From Thermodesulfovibrionales bacterium (GTDB lineage Bacteria; Nitrospirota; Thermodesulfovibrionia; Thermodesulfovibrionales; SM23-35), in assembly GCA_963715195.1 (NCBI GenBank), contig CAVQRT010000030.1, positions 128,001 through 192,000 on the forward strand: DNA of 64,000 nucleotides. Direction: 5' to 3'. The notes under the pieces were generated by a model, which did not search any database, was not told the DNA's origin, and saw only the letters and a list, made by a program, of their open reading frames with translations. A program made the translations under genes and the position numbers. Shown one piece after another: positions 43,495 to 55,765 of the stretch. Each line of letters starts with the position of its first letter. The stretch's first letter is position 1.

Positions 43495-43533
43495 TTCAAA
43501 TAGGGCAGACATTATCTAAGAGAGGAGGCAACC

Positions 43534-43950
43534 ATAGAAATCAAAATCACTTTTCCAGGCGGCAAGAAAGTGAATGCAGAGTTCAATGGCTTTGCCATCG
43601 AGACTGACCAGCCGGTAAAGTATGGAGGAGAGGGTTCGGCCCCATCTCCCTATGAACATTTTCTTGCATCAATAGGTACATGCGCAGGCATATATGTGCT
43701 CAGTTTCTGTGAAAAGCGCAACATTCCGACAGAAAATATTGCTCTGAGTCAGCGCCTTGAATACCGAAAGATAGCAGAGGGAAAGATAACGCTCGAAAAG
43801 ATTATCGTTGAAATTATCGTTCCGCCATCTTTCCCGGAGAAATACCACCAGGCCCTGATAAAAGTGGCAGACCAGTGTGCTGTAAAAAAGACCATTATGA
43901 ACCCTCCACAGTTTGAGATCAAGACAGTCGTGCAACAGGCGGGCGCCTAA
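43534..43950 (+). CDS. OsmC-family protein (apparent ATA start codon)
   Basis: ITFPGGKKV, TDQP, P.P...FLASIGTCAG, CAVK; GGAGG RBS precedes ATA at 43534. Confidence 0.85.
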   Translation: MEIKITFPGGKKVNAEFNGFAIETDQPVKYGGEGSAPSPYEHFLASIGTCAGIYVLSFCEKRNIPTENIALSQRLEYRKIAEGKITLEKIIVEIIVPPSFPEKYHQALIKVADQCAVKKTIMNPPQFEIKTVVQQAGA

Positions 43951-44042
43951 GAGGAAAATGGCTGAATATATAGCTGATGCAAAACGTATCTCGTCGAAGG
44001 ATAAGAAAAGTTTGGAATCTAAACTCTATGGTAAAATGATAC

Positions 44043-44936
44043 ATGGATATACACCAACTGCGCGTATTCGCTTCAGTCTTTAAGAACAGAAGTTTTTCAA
44101 AGGCATCGCTGGACCTCCACCTTACCCAACCAACCATCAGCAATCACATCAAGGCTCTGGAAGATGAGTTTGCATGCAGGTTGTTTGACCGTATGGGCAG
44201 GACTATCATACCAACAAAGGAGGCAGAAGTTCTCTACAGCCAGTCTACAGAGATTATTGAAAAAGCTGAGGCTCTGAAGGATGCTCTCGGGGAGCTCAAA
44301 AAAGAGGCAACGGGGAAGCTTATCATTGGTGCCAGCACAATACCTGGTGTGTACTTAATGCCACGCATTATGACTGAATTTCAGAAAAAATATCCTGCTA
44401 TTTCCTTTCAGATACTGATCGCCGACTCTCGGGGCATTCTTGACAGTATTTCAAAACATGAACTTCTCCTCGGCATTGTAGGTGCTAAACTGGGAAATGA
44501 TCAGATAGACTATACACCCTTTGTTGAGGACGAGTTAATTGTTGTTTCAGCACCATCGATGACGGAGAAGAGCACTATCATGCTCAGGGAATTGCTTGCC
44601 CTCCCCATGGTCTTTCGTGAGGAGGGCTCCGGAACCCGAAAGGAGGCGGAAAAATTTCTTGAAATGAAGGGGATAGCCTTAGAAGATCTTAAGATTGCAG
44701 GAATCTTTGGTTCAACCGATGCGGTAAAACAGGCTGTTAAGGCAGGGCTCGGCGTTTCCATCCTCTCAAAATTCTCTGTTGCAGATGAACTGGAGCACAA
44801 ACTGCTCAAAGAGCTGCATCTCACCGATATTGAGATGAAAAGAAATTTTTATATCGTGACACATAAGAAAAGAACTCTTCCCCGTTTATACGACATATTT
44901 TTACAGCATATCCTATCAGCCGCAGCAAACCTCTAA
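44043..44936 (+). CDS. LysR-family regulator (CysL-like)
   Basis: HTH SFSKA...LTQPTIS; GASTIPG, REEGSGTR. Confidence 0.9.
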   Translation: MDIHQLRVFASVFKNRSFSKASLDLHLTQPTISNHIKALEDEFACRLFDRMGRTIIPTKEAEVLYSQSTEIIEKAEALKDALGELKKEATGKLIIGASTIPGVYLMPRIMTEFQKKYPAISFQILIADSRGILDSISKHELLLGIVGAKLGNDQIDYTPFVEDELIVVSAPSMTEKSTIMLRELLALPMVFREEGSGTRKEAEKFLEMKGIALEDLKIAGIFGSTDAVKQAVKAGLGVSILSKFSVADELEHKLLKELHLTDIEMKRNFYIVTHKKRTLPRLYDIFLQHILSAAANL

Positions 44937-44948
44937 TTCCAAAATATC

Positions 44949-45926
44949 TCACACATGAAGGCCGCATATATCAAGGAGTCTCAGGTCATCTTCGGGGTTT
45001 CGTCCAATTGTTGTCAGATAATTACCGGTAATCATGCCGTTGGCGCCTGCGAAAAATATCATTGAGTTGAATTCTCCGAGCACCTGCATTCTCCCACCGC
45101 ATATCCTGAGCTCCTTTCGGGGGAAGATGAAACGATACAGACTGACAATCTTTAAAGCTTCGATCGGATGGAGGAAGGTTTTATTTCCGAAAGCGGTTCC
45201 CTGAACAGGTATCAGAAAGTTGATCGGAACAGAGTCCACATCGAGTTCTCGCAGAGCAAAAGCCATGTCTATTCTGTCCTGCCATGTCTCTCCCAGACCG
45301 AAGATGCCACCAGAACAGACAGACAGCCCTGCTGCCCGGGCTGCCTGGATTGTCTGTATTTTATCAGCATAACTATGAGTGCCGCATATCTCCGGAAAAT
45401 GCTTCGGAGAAGTCTCTAAATTGTGGTGATAGCGATCAAGGCCGGCAGCTTTCATTACTGAAAGCTCATCTTCCTGAAGCAGACCAAGACTGGCACAGGG
45501 ATTGATACCGAGATCGCTGATTGCAGAAATCATATCTGCGATCTTGAGGAGGTCTTTTCGGGAGACTTTTCGGCCGCTTGTCACAATCGAGAATCTTTTT
45601 ATGCCATATTTTCTTGATTCCCGGGCTTTTTGGAGAACGCGCTCTTTTTCCAGCAAGGAATATGTATCAATCTTCGCTCGGCTTCGTGAAGATTGGGCAC
45701 AGAACGCGCAGTCTTCAGAGCAAGAGCCTGATTTTGCATTGATAATTGAACATAACCCGGCAAGATCCCCTCTGAAATGGGACCGGAGCCTGTTCGCTGA
45801 CGCGAAAAGATTGAGGATATCAGGACCGGAAATTCCTGTAATGAAGGCAGCTTCTTCCCTTGTTATCGGGGAGCCTCTCAGGATATGCTCCTCGATATGT
45901 TTGATTTTCTCCACCAAATCTGTCAT
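44949..45926 (-). CDS. bioB: Biotin synthase
   Basis: CSEDCAFCAQS, YHHNLET, CSGGIFG, VPINFL, GNYLTT; GGAGG RBS before ATG 45926. Confidence 0.95.
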   Translation of the reverse strand: MTDLVEKIKHIEEHILRGSPITREEAAFITGISGPDILNLFASANRLRSHFRGDLAGLCSIINAKSGSCSEDCAFCAQSSRSRAKIDTYSLLEKERVLQKARESRKYGIKRFSIVTSGRKVSRKDLLKIADMISAISDLGINPCASLGLLQEDELSVMKAAGLDRYHHNLETSPKHFPEICGTHSYADKIQTIQAARAAGLSVCSGGIFGLGETWQDRIDMAFALRELDVDSVPINFLIPVQGTAFGNKTFLHPIEALKIVSLYRFIFPRKELRICGGRMQVLGEFNSMIFFAGANGMITGNYLTTIGRNPEDDLRLLDICGLHV

Positions 45927-46269
45927 TGCCTCCCGGAGAACTGTGTAACCCAAAAAATGCATTTGAAAAGTGCAAATGTTAAAAATATATTATTTTTCGA
46001 TACCTTAGTGTACCTTGAACTGATGGGTTTATAAATAATGTTCTTCATAGAACGATGGTGAATATTTCTCATCGAATTATCGAGTTAAGTAATTTTATAA
46101 ATAATGTCTGCACTTTTCGGGTTAAAATCTTGCGTGAATCCGTCCCAAAAATATTACCTCAAGACTAAATTCCCAAATCTCGCTCTGCATGCACAAACTA
46201 TAATGTTCATGTATCCAGACTTCTCAGGGTCCGAGGGGCTGACATATAATAACTATGATATAATTTTTC

Positions 46270-46926
46270 ATGTCAATTCAACTTTTGCTCTTTGACCTTG
46301 ATGGTACCCTTGTTGATACCATCAGGGATATAACCAATGCTTTGAATTATGCCCTGAAATCTGTCGGGATCATAGAAATCTCTACCGATGAAACGAAAGC
46401 GCTTGTTGGAGAAGGAATCACAAAACTTCTCGAAAAGGTATTAGGAGAACAAAACAAGAAATTCAGCGAGGATGCGAAAAGAAAATTCCTCGCTTTTTAT
46501 ACCGATCACCTCATTGATTATTCGTCTGTGTATCCTGATGTAAAAGAAACACTCGGCCGTCTTGTTCATTACAGGAAGGCCGTGATTTCAAACAAGAGGG
46601 AATATCAGTCAACAGAGATCCTCAGTAGGCTCAATCTCCTTAGAAATTTCGATTTTGTCGTCGGAAGCGATACCACGCCTGAAAGAAAGCCTTCAGCAGT
46701 TCCTATTCTGCATGTCATTCAGAAGCTCGCAGTCAGACCAGAAGCAACGGTGATGATCGGGGACAGTAACTTTGATATTGAAGCAGGGAAGAAAGCAGGG
46801 GTTACGACCGTGGCTGTTACCTATGGGTATCGGGAGAGGAAGTATCTTTCAAATGCCGATTACATGATAGACAAATTTTCCGAACTCCCCGCCGTTCTTG
46901 ACAGAATTTCTTCTGAATTCATATAA
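46270..46926 (+). CDS. HAD-family phosphatase (phosphoglycolate phosphatase-like)
   Basis: FDLDGTLVD, SNK, KP, IGDS..D. Confidence 0.88.
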   Translation: MSIQLLLFDLDGTLVDTIRDITNALNYALKSVGIIEISTDETKALVGEGITKLLEKVLGEQNKKFSEDAKRKFLAFYTDHLIDYSSVYPDVKETLGRLVHYRKAVISNKREYQSTEILSRLNLLRNFDFVVGSDTTPERKPSAVPILHVIQKLAVRPEATVMIGDSNFDIEAGKKAGVTTVAVTYGYRERKYLSNADYMIDKFSELPAVLDRISSEFI

Positions 46927-46927
46927 T
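46898..46927 (+). promoter_or_regulatory. Consensus sigma70 promoter for tRNA-Arg, inside the HAD gene 3' end
   Basis: TTGACA-N18-TATAAT about 30 nt upstream of the tRNA. Confidence 0.75.
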
Positions 46928-46956
46928 TCTGATTCAAACTTTTTCCGGTTTAATCC

Positions 46957-47033
<77 letters not shown>

Positions 47034-47166
47034 AATGAATTTGGTATATAATATAGTGAGTTCACAACTGGTCACGTTGAGTACGGCTGAACAGGGTATG
47101 AAGGTAATCCATGCCCTATTTCTCTTTGAACTCTCAGGTTAATTTCCTGTTTGCTGTTTTGCACAT

Positions 47167-47243
47167 GGTGGGTGTAGCTCAATGGTCAGAGCACTGGACT
47201 GTGGCTCCAGGTGTTGGGGGTTCGAGTCCCCTCACTCACCCCA
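47167..47243 (+). tRNA. tRNA-His (GTG)
   Basis: G-1, anticodon arm CTGGA-CTGTGGC-TCCAG, GTTCGAGTC, encoded CCA. Confidence 0.96.
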
Positions 47244-47361
47244 GAAAATTTGCTTTGCAAATTTTGCAAGTTAAACAGTCAGAAGTTAACAGTTAGCGGA
47301 TATCAAAATTATAACAAGAGATTTCTTAAATTTTCACTTTCAACTTTTAACTTTATCTGGT

Positions 47362-47435
47362 GCGCCTGTAGCTCAGTGGATCAGAGCATCGGCCTCCGGA
47401 GCCGAGGGTCGGAGGTTCGAATCCTCTCAGGCGCG
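47362..47435 (+). tRNA. tRNA-Arg (CCG)
   Basis: Anticodon arm TCGGC-CTCCGGA-GCCGA, GTTCGAATC; CCA not encoded. Confidence 0.95.
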
Positions 47436-47452
47436 CTCCTTCTCAGACATGT

Positions 47453-47528
<76 letters not shown>

Positions 47529-47711
47529 ATATTTTAAAAGTCATTTCAGGCGCTTAGAGCCTTGAAAGCCCTTTTTAGTTGCTCCGTAAAATGGGGTAAA
47601 ATAGGCCAAAATGACCTGTTTTGTTATCAAAATTCACTCACCTGCCCTACCATGAACCGACCTCATAGCCTTGAGGATGCAAAAAGAGTAATTAACGATA
47701 AATGAGCTGCT

Positions 47712-48518
47712 CTATTTCTTAAATATCTGCCTAAGGAATATCTTTAGTTCCTCCCATGACCTTTTGTCTGCCTCTGCGTTATAGGCAACCGGAATATTAA
47801 ATTTCTTGCCATATTCATCAGCCTTGGGATTAGTGAAGCTATGGAGTGCCCCGGGATATGCAATAAACCGAGAATCAGCTCCAGCTTTTTTCATCTCATT
47901 CTTGAAAGCCTCGATCTGCTCCCCTGTGATAAACCTGTCGTCAGCACCATGAAGGACGAGAATTTTTGCCTTCACAGAACTCCGCTCAGCAGGCTCCACC
48001 GCAGCAAGGCTCCCATGGAAGCTCGCAACTCCCTGTAAGTCAACGCCTTGACGTGCCATGTTGAGTACAATACCTCCGCCAAAGCAATACCCCACTGCTG
48101 CAATCTTGTCCCGATCAACCACGGGTTGCGCTTTCAGAAATTCCATAGCGGCAATGAACCGATCTTTTGCGGTGCCAAAGTTCTTCATGAGTTCTGATGA
48201 AAACTTGCCTGCATTATCAGGGTGCTCTGCCTGTTTCCCCTCCCCATACATATCAACCGCAAGGGCTGCATATCCCAGTTCTGCCAGCATACGAGCACGC
48301 TTCCGTGCGTAGTCGTTTAGTCCCCACCATTCATGTACTATCAGGACGCCCGGTCTCCTGCCCCTGATATTTTTGTCATACGCGAGATACCCCTTCATAA
48401 CCTCACCTTTTGCACTATATTCCACTGTCGATCCGTCGATATCCGGCATAGCTTGAGCAGATCCCGCAAGTATCAACGTTAATAACATCATTATCGGCAT
48501 CAGATATGCGTGTCTCAT
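47712..48518 (-). CDS. Dienelactone hydrolase family protein with signal peptide
   Basis: HEWWGLN, nucleophile GYCFGG, HGADD, HSF. Confidence 0.9.
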   Translation of the reverse strand: MRHAYLMPIMMLLTLILAGSAQAMPDIDGSTVEYSAKGEVMKGYLAYDKNIRGRRPGVLIVHEWWGLNDYARKRARMLAELGYAALAVDMYGEGKQAEHPDNAGKFSSELMKNFGTAKDRFIAAMEFLKAQPVVDRDKIAAVGYCFGGGIVLNMARQGVDLQGVASFHGSLAAVEPAERSSVKAKILVLHGADDRFITGEQIEAFKNEMKKAGADSRFIAYPGALHSFTNPKADEYGKKFNIPVAYNAEADKRSWEELKIFLRQIFKK

Positions 48519-48621
48519 AGTACCCTCCGTGATTTGTTTGAATAATCAAAGTTTAGCAAAATTATTTTGATAATCCGCACATTAATAAATGCAAGAGACT
48601 TGAAACGGTCGTGTCTGCAGA

Positions 48622-50211
48622 TCAGTCTTGCAGAAACCTATCATGCGAATAGTAGTCACCATGGCCGGGAACTATCGTGGCTTTTTGGTCGCTCTTGCGC
48701 AGAAACGCATCAAAATTGACTATTAGCTTTTTCATCATTTCCATTTCACGGCGAAATAACTCACTGTCGACATTGGTGCTTGTCATCATAAACTTCGGGA
48801 GATTCAATATTTCGCGCTCCCCAGGGCTGAGACTATCAACAAACAAAAGATAGTCACCCGTAAATATAAGTCCCGAGTCGTAGCTCAAGAAAAAAACCTG
48901 CCCCGGGGTATGGCCTCCCCTGCTCCCGAGAACTTTGTAAGACTGACCGGACAGTTCAAACTGATCTATCACCGGAAAACCATCTATCCATTCCGTTACG
49001 CTGGAGGAGTAGGGGACCCAGTTCTTGGGTACCCGGAATTTCGTGAACTCATTCACCAGGGCAGTGAAGCAGTGATTCAGTTCCAAAAGTGGCGTATTGC
49101 TCCCCCATGCGCGGTTTTCATGCTCAAGAACGCCCCGGGCTTCTGCGTGCAGATATACACGGCTCCCCAACTCATCGGCAAAGTAGCCGCTCATGCCGGC
49201 ATGGTCGGCATCCGCGTGGCTGAGATAGATCCTGCCGACTTTCTCCGGATCAAGGCCGTTTTCCCTGAACATAGTCTTTGCATCTTCGTAATAAAGACCA
49301 TAACCGCTGTCTATCATGACGAGCTCTTCATCGCTCTCAAGCACATTGATATTGCCACCCGTGGGCAACCTGAATGCGTGGAATTTTATCCGGTCAAAGA
49401 CGAGAGGAGGGAGCGTGCGATAGAAAAACTTTTTTCCGGTTTTCATCAGGGAGGCAGATGCGAAGGCAAGGATACTGGTGGTAATATCACCGGTGTTAAA
49501 GTGCTTGCCTGCTTCCCGGCTGAACCGTATGAGTGAATCGGAGAGCCGCTGTGACGATTGAACGATCCTCCTCAGGTTCTCAATATCATCTGTGTCAAGA
49601 AGCTTTCTCAGATGGAAGAAAAACCGTTCAATGAGATTCAGCCCGATGATGTCCTCTATCTCCCGTTGCTCTGCGCCCCGGTAGACCAGGCTGTAATAAT
49701 AGCCCCTTTCGTTCATCTCCTTCAGGAGGCTGTCAATTTCGCCCGGTTTCTGGGTTGCTATCGAAAAATGTGCAGAGGTTTCGGACACATCTTCATGGTA
49801 TGCCATATAGATAACATTGGCCTTGTGCTCAGATAACAGGCGAGCAAACCTCCCGAGGGTACCGGGCAGGTGCTGAAGCTGAACTTCTATTTTCAGAATG
49901 TTCCTGGTATCCATAACTCCCAGCTCAAGCTTTGGAATCGGAAATTGACCACCCAGAAGATGAGACCGGGACAGGACAGATGAAATGAGGCTGAGCGCCT
50001 CTTCGGATTTGCTGGATACTTCTATGAGGACCCGGTTTGGATGCTCTGATCGGTTGTATTGAAAGAAGATGATATTGATACCATAGTCTGCAAACATGCC
50101 TGCGAGTTCGGAGAGAGACCCTGGACGGTCGACAAGAAAGAGGCACCCTTTCCCGAGGTAGCCTCCTTCAGGCGATGCAGAACGATATATCTGGAAGTAT
50201 TTCTCGCTCAT
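48622..50211 (-). CDS. ACT-domain / MBL-fold metallo-hydrolase fusion
   Basis: Two ACT-like starts (DRPGSL, HLPGTL); MBL motifs IDSG, SHADADH, GHTPG, GD, PGHG. Confidence 0.8.
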   Translation of the reverse strand: MSEKYFQIYRSASPEGGYLGKGCLFLVDRPGSLSELAGMFADYGINIIFFQYNRSEHPNRVLIEVSSKSEEALSLISSVLSRSHLLGGQFPIPKLELGVMDTRNILKIEVQLQHLPGTLGRFARLLSEHKANVIYMAYHEDVSETSAHFSIATQKPGEIDSLLKEMNERGYYYSLVYRGAEQREIEDIIGLNLIERFFFHLRKLLDTDDIENLRRIVQSSQRLSDSLIRFSREAGKHFNTGDITTSILAFASASLMKTGKKFFYRTLPPLVFDRIKFHAFRLPTGGNINVLESDEELVMIDSGYGLYYEDAKTMFRENGLDPEKVGRIYLSHADADHAGMSGYFADELGSRVYLHAEARGVLEHENRAWGSNTPLLELNHCFTALVNEFTKFRVPKNWVPYSSSVTEWIDGFPVIDQFELSGQSYKVLGSRGGHTPGQVFFLSYDSGLIFTGDYLLFVDSLSPGEREILNLPKFMMTSTNVDSELFRREMEMMKKLIVNFDAFLRKSDQKATIVPGHGDYYSHDRFLQD

Positions 50212-50356
50212 CTCCTCTTTGCATTGTCAGATTATCTTTTGTTCCATATTATAAGATACTGCTGGCTGCTTTTATCCATAATGCAGTTTATCAGGTATTG
50301 TGCACTCAAAATGTGCCCTGGATTGAGAAAATAAACGTGATGAGGTGTAATAGACT

Positions 50357-51154
50357 ATGGAGATACCATTTCAAAGATGGCATGACGCTCTCCTCAGAAG
50401 GCGATCACGCCGGCTGTATGAACCCAGGCCGATCGCCTCTCAGGTTTTCAAAAGCCTCGCTGCCGCCTGCGATGACTTTCGGCCATTCGACACGGCAAGA
50501 GCAGTGCTTGCAGAGGAAGCAGAAAAGGTGTTCAAGGGCATTATCGGCGCTTACGGCAAGATCAGGGGCGCACCCTTGTTCATTGCCTTTACCGGAGACA
50601 CCCGTGATCCTCATGTCCATGAAAAGATTGGATATGCTGGAGAGGGCATCATACTTGAGGCTACTGCTCTCGGGCTTGGGACATGCTGGGTTGGTAAATC
50701 ATTTGACCAGGGAGTCGCATCCTCCTTTCTCTCAATCGGGGAGCACGAGCGGGTATTTGCGGTAACACCCGCCGGATATGCCGCACAAGAGACATCTTTT
50801 GAAGAACGGTTTCTCACAGGATTCGGGCGGACCCACAAGAGGAAGCCCCTTGATGAACTGGTCAGCGGGATGCCGAAGACTGAATGGCCTGAATGGGTGA
50901 GGATGTCTCTGCTGGCGGCGAGGATAGCCCCCTCTGCAGTGAACAGGCAGCCATGGCGCTTTCTGGTGGAGTCAAACAGCATTACTGTTTCCGTTGATGA
51001 CCTGCGGGACAGTTATGGCATCTCAAAACGGCTTGATTGTGGTATCGCGATGCTCCACATCGACATTGCGTCACATGTCTGCGGTTTTGCCGGGAAATGG
51101 GAGTTCCTTGATCCTCCCGGAGTAGCGAGGTTTACTGGACTCACCTCACAATAG
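50357..51154 (+). CDS. Nitroreductase family protein
   Basis: RRSRR.Y, LGLGTCW, APSAVNRQPW, D.GIAMLH. Confidence 0.88.
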   Translation: MEIPFQRWHDALLRRRSRRLYEPRPIASQVFKSLAAACDDFRPFDTARAVLAEEAEKVFKGIIGAYGKIRGAPLFIAFTGDTRDPHVHEKIGYAGEGIILEATALGLGTCWVGKSFDQGVASSFLSIGEHERVFAVTPAGYAAQETSFEERFLTGFGRTHKRKPLDELVSGMPKTEWPEWVRMSLLAARIAPSAVNRQPWRFLVESNSITVSVDDLRDSYGISKRLDCGIAMLHIDIASHVCGFAGKWEFLDPPGVARFTGLTSQ

Positions 51155-51245
51155 GCTGCTAGAGACTTCTATCGGCAAGTCTCTTTCAAGCCGTTACCGG
51201 CTGCCATGGTTCCGCTCATTTGTTCTCGATTATGTTCGTGGCGTG

Positions 51246-51671
51246 TTAATCTTCTTTTTGCGGAAGCCGGCGTAAGTCGTGCTCGCAGGTATATTTTCTG
51301 CAACACTGGGGGCGTCTGTCATGGATGCTGCAGAAGAAAGTCACACGGTCAAGATATGGGCAGAACCCATCAGCATCTTTTGCAATGTAGTAAGGGCGGG
51401 AAGGGTTGTATTTGTAAGAACCTTTTTTTACTTCTTCCTGCGTCAGTGCAAACACATAAGAGCAGCATGCAGCCCTGCACGATGAAATTTTCGACAAACA
51501 GTCGACAAAAACATCCGGCTCAGAATCGTCATCCAGACTGTATAACTTGCCATCAATCATTATTATATGCTTGAGCGCGACAGAAAGAATTTTTTCTTTT
51601 TCTTCAGTCGAATAATTATGCGCGGCATGTTTGCTGACCGGCACACTTTTTCTGTTCTTGTCCTTGCTCAC
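51246..51671 (-). CDS. YkgJ-family cysteine cluster protein
   Basis: CRAACC, CPYLD, CSIH..RP..CR.Y.C. Confidence 0.8.
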   Translation of the reverse strand: MSKDKNRKSVPVSKHAAHNYSTEEKEKILSVALKHIIMIDGKLYSLDDDSEPDVFVDCLSKISSCRAACCSYVFALTQEEVKKGSYKYNPSRPYYIAKDADGFCPYLDRVTFFCSIHDRRPQCCRKYTCEHDLRRLPQKED

Positions 51672-51686
51672 CGGTTGCGCCTCGTC

Positions 51687-51875
51687 TTATTCAGTATTCA
51701 AGGTTCGTATCATTCTTTCGCACACAGGACATTCGCTTGTTTCCTCTGCGCCATCTTCCCATCTTATAAATAGTATGCTTGCGTTCCAGCATGCAGGGCA
51801 AATGATATAGTAGGCCTCGCCAAAGCCTTTTTCAATGCCGTATTTCAGTGTTGACTCAACGAAAAAACATCTCAC
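51687..51875 (-). CDS. Small zinc-ribbon-like protein
   Basis: CPAC...CPVC, co-oriented just upstream of the YkgJ gene. Confidence 0.5.
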   Translation of the reverse strand: MRCFFVESTLKYGIEKGFGEAYYIICPACWNASILFIRWEDGAEETSECPVCERMIRTLNTE

Positions 51876-52032
51876 ATCTTATTGTATCATTCAACGCCTC
51901 AGGTTGCTATACGAAGAGAGGTCGAATAGTCTGTCTTAAGCGCATTGCTCAAGAAAATCACTATGGTTTGCTTTTCCTCATAAGACGTGCTAATTTTTAT
52001 GAAGAGAGGAGGGAGCAGCAGAGTGAGGCACG

Positions 52033-52746
52033 ATGAATATTAACTATACATTTATATTGCCTGATAAAAAAGAGGCGTTAATCGAATTACTTTTGGACAA
52101 TGAAACTTTATTATTGCTTAATGATATCCCGGACAGACCCCCTTTCTGGACAGCTCTTGATTTCCACCAATGCCCGAAATGTTCTTTGAGTATTAAGAAT
52201 TATCCCCAATGTCCTATAGCTGTACACTGTGTAAAACTATTGCCAATATTTGAGAACATAATTTCCCACGAAGAAGTGGATGTCAATATCTTTACAACGC
52301 AGCGTGTCACCTTTCAGAAGGTCAGTGCGCAAAAGGCTGTCAGTTCCCTGATGGGTTTAATACATGCAACGAGTGGTTGTCCTCATACTATATTTTTCAG
52401 GCCAATGGCTCGATTCCACCTCCCATTTGCAGATTCTTATGAGACAACATACAGGGTTACCTCTCTGTATTTATTGACACAATATTTCCTGCAGAAGACA
52501 GGGAAGACCATGGATCTTGAATTTGGTGGTCTGAAAGAAATATACAGTAATATTGAGATGATTGATCAAGGCATGATCGACCGTTTACGGGTTGTCATAA
52601 AAAAAGACGTTGTTTTCAATGCTCTGACGAATCTATATGGTTTGGCAAAATTAATTCCCATTACGATAGAAGGATCGCTTGAAGTAATTCGTCACTTGTT
52701 TGAACCATACATAGATTACGTATCAACGGTGAACAGGCCACGTTGA
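52033..52746 (+). CDS. Conserved hypothetical Cys-rich protein (DUF6901-like)
   Basis: WTALDFHQCP.C, CP.A, SGCP, PMARFHLPF. Confidence 0.7.
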   Translation: MNINYTFILPDKKEALIELLLDNETLLLLNDIPDRPPFWTALDFHQCPKCSLSIKNYPQCPIAVHCVKLLPIFENIISHEEVDVNIFTTQRVTFQKVSAQKAVSSLMGLIHATSGCPHTIFFRPMARFHLPFADSYETTYRVTSLYLLTQYFLQKTGKTMDLEFGGLKEIYSNIEMIDQGMIDRLRVVIKKDVVFNALTNLYGLAKLIPITIEGSLEVIRHLFEPYIDYVSTVNRPR

Positions 52747-53025
52747 ACGGACTTTCTATCTTTAAGTATGATTGAGTTAGTTGCACATTATCTTCCTGTA
52801 ACTGAGCATTGCATATCAACACTTCCAATAGCAGATTACTTATGAAAATCAAATTGAGGTGCAAAACCTTCATTAAGAACTCCAAAACTTCGTAAAGCAA
52901 AAGGGGCGTTTACCAAGGCATTCCAGCCGAAATAGTGCGCCCTTGGCAGCGGCACGAGATCTCTCCCTCAATCCCCGGCAGACACCTTTTTCATCATGTG
53001 TCGTAATTCATGCAGTCTTGGGTCC

Positions 53026-53781
53026 CTATGCTATCCCATCAGTTATATCCAGGAGCACTTGCCCCGCGCTTTCCCTGAAAATAACCTCGGCGAGATGGTC
53101 GTATGGCGTTTCAGTGCGGTTCACAAATATCAGGTGTGCTCCTGCTTTCTTCGCCTCCCGCGGGATTGAAGCAGCAGGCTCCACCTGAAGGGATGAACCG
53201 ATCATCAGGAGAAGACCGCACCTCATGGCACAATCATATGCCTTGAGCATCTCTTGTTCGGGCATCGGTTGCCCGAATGAAACCGTTGCAGGTTTTACAA
53301 ATCCGTCACACAGATCGCAATGGGGATCGAGCTTGCCTGTGTCAAGCACGGCCTGTATCTCCTCGATGGGCCAAAGCTTGCCGCACTGCACGCAGACTGC
53401 CTTTCTGTTTGTCCCGTGCAATTCTATGACATTTGAGCTCCCTGCCTCCTGATGGAGACCGTCGATATTCTGCGTGATCAGACAATCGAGCTTTCCCATT
53501 CTTTCAAGATGTACAAGGGCAAGATGTGCCCTGTTCGGCCTTGCTGTGCGGAGTTCCTCAAACAGTTCTTTCTTCATCCGCCAGTATTCTATCCGTGCAT
53601 CCCTGCTCGCAAGAAATTCCTGGAAGGTCACAATTCTGTACCGGTCCCAGACGCCGCCGGGACTGCGGAAATCCGATATGCCTGATTCGGTTGATATCCC
53701 TGCACCGGTAAAGGCAGAAATTTTTTGTGCCTCTCTCAGCAGGGTAATGGCGTATTCGATTCTCTGGGAGTACGGATTCAT
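53026..53781 (-). CDS. cobB: Sir2-family NAD-dependent deacylase
   Basis: GAGISTESGI.DFR, TQNIDGLH, HG, two CxxC, GSSL.V.PAA. Confidence 0.92.
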   Translation of the reverse strand: MNPYSQRIEYAITLLREAQKISAFTGAGISTESGISDFRSPGGVWDRYRIVTFQEFLASRDARIEYWRMKKELFEELRTARPNRAHLALVHLERMGKLDCLITQNIDGLHQEAGSSNVIELHGTNRKAVCVQCGKLWPIEEIQAVLDTGKLDPHCDLCDGFVKPATVSFGQPMPEQEMLKAYDCAMRCGLLLMIGSSLQVEPAASIPREAKKAGAHLIFVNRTETPYDHLAEVIFRESAGQVLLDITDGIA

Positions 53782-53971
53782 AATATAAATCGGTTTTTGC
53801 AACTGGCTTTTTCCATGCCATTTAACGTAACATAATAACAGTTATAGCTTTGTCCCGCCATAGACATTGCCGATACAATCACAACCTACCATGCAATAAC
53901 CTGATTCTTTGCTGCCGCTGATGCAGTCAAACGAATCAGATTATTGTCCATGAAGAGAGAGGGCAGCATTT

Positions 53972-55765
<1,794 letters not shown>

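Noticed and set aside
45940..46110. BirA operator upstream of bioB
   Set aside because: Only partial half sites with wrong spacing; a 14-bp direct repeat TTTATAAATAATGT is present but is AT-rich and unexplained
53951..53969. 18/19 match to 62911-62929 (TGAAxAGAGAGGGCAGCAT)
   Set aside because: Both are purine-rich RBS regions of unrelated genes; no further similarity, probably coincidence
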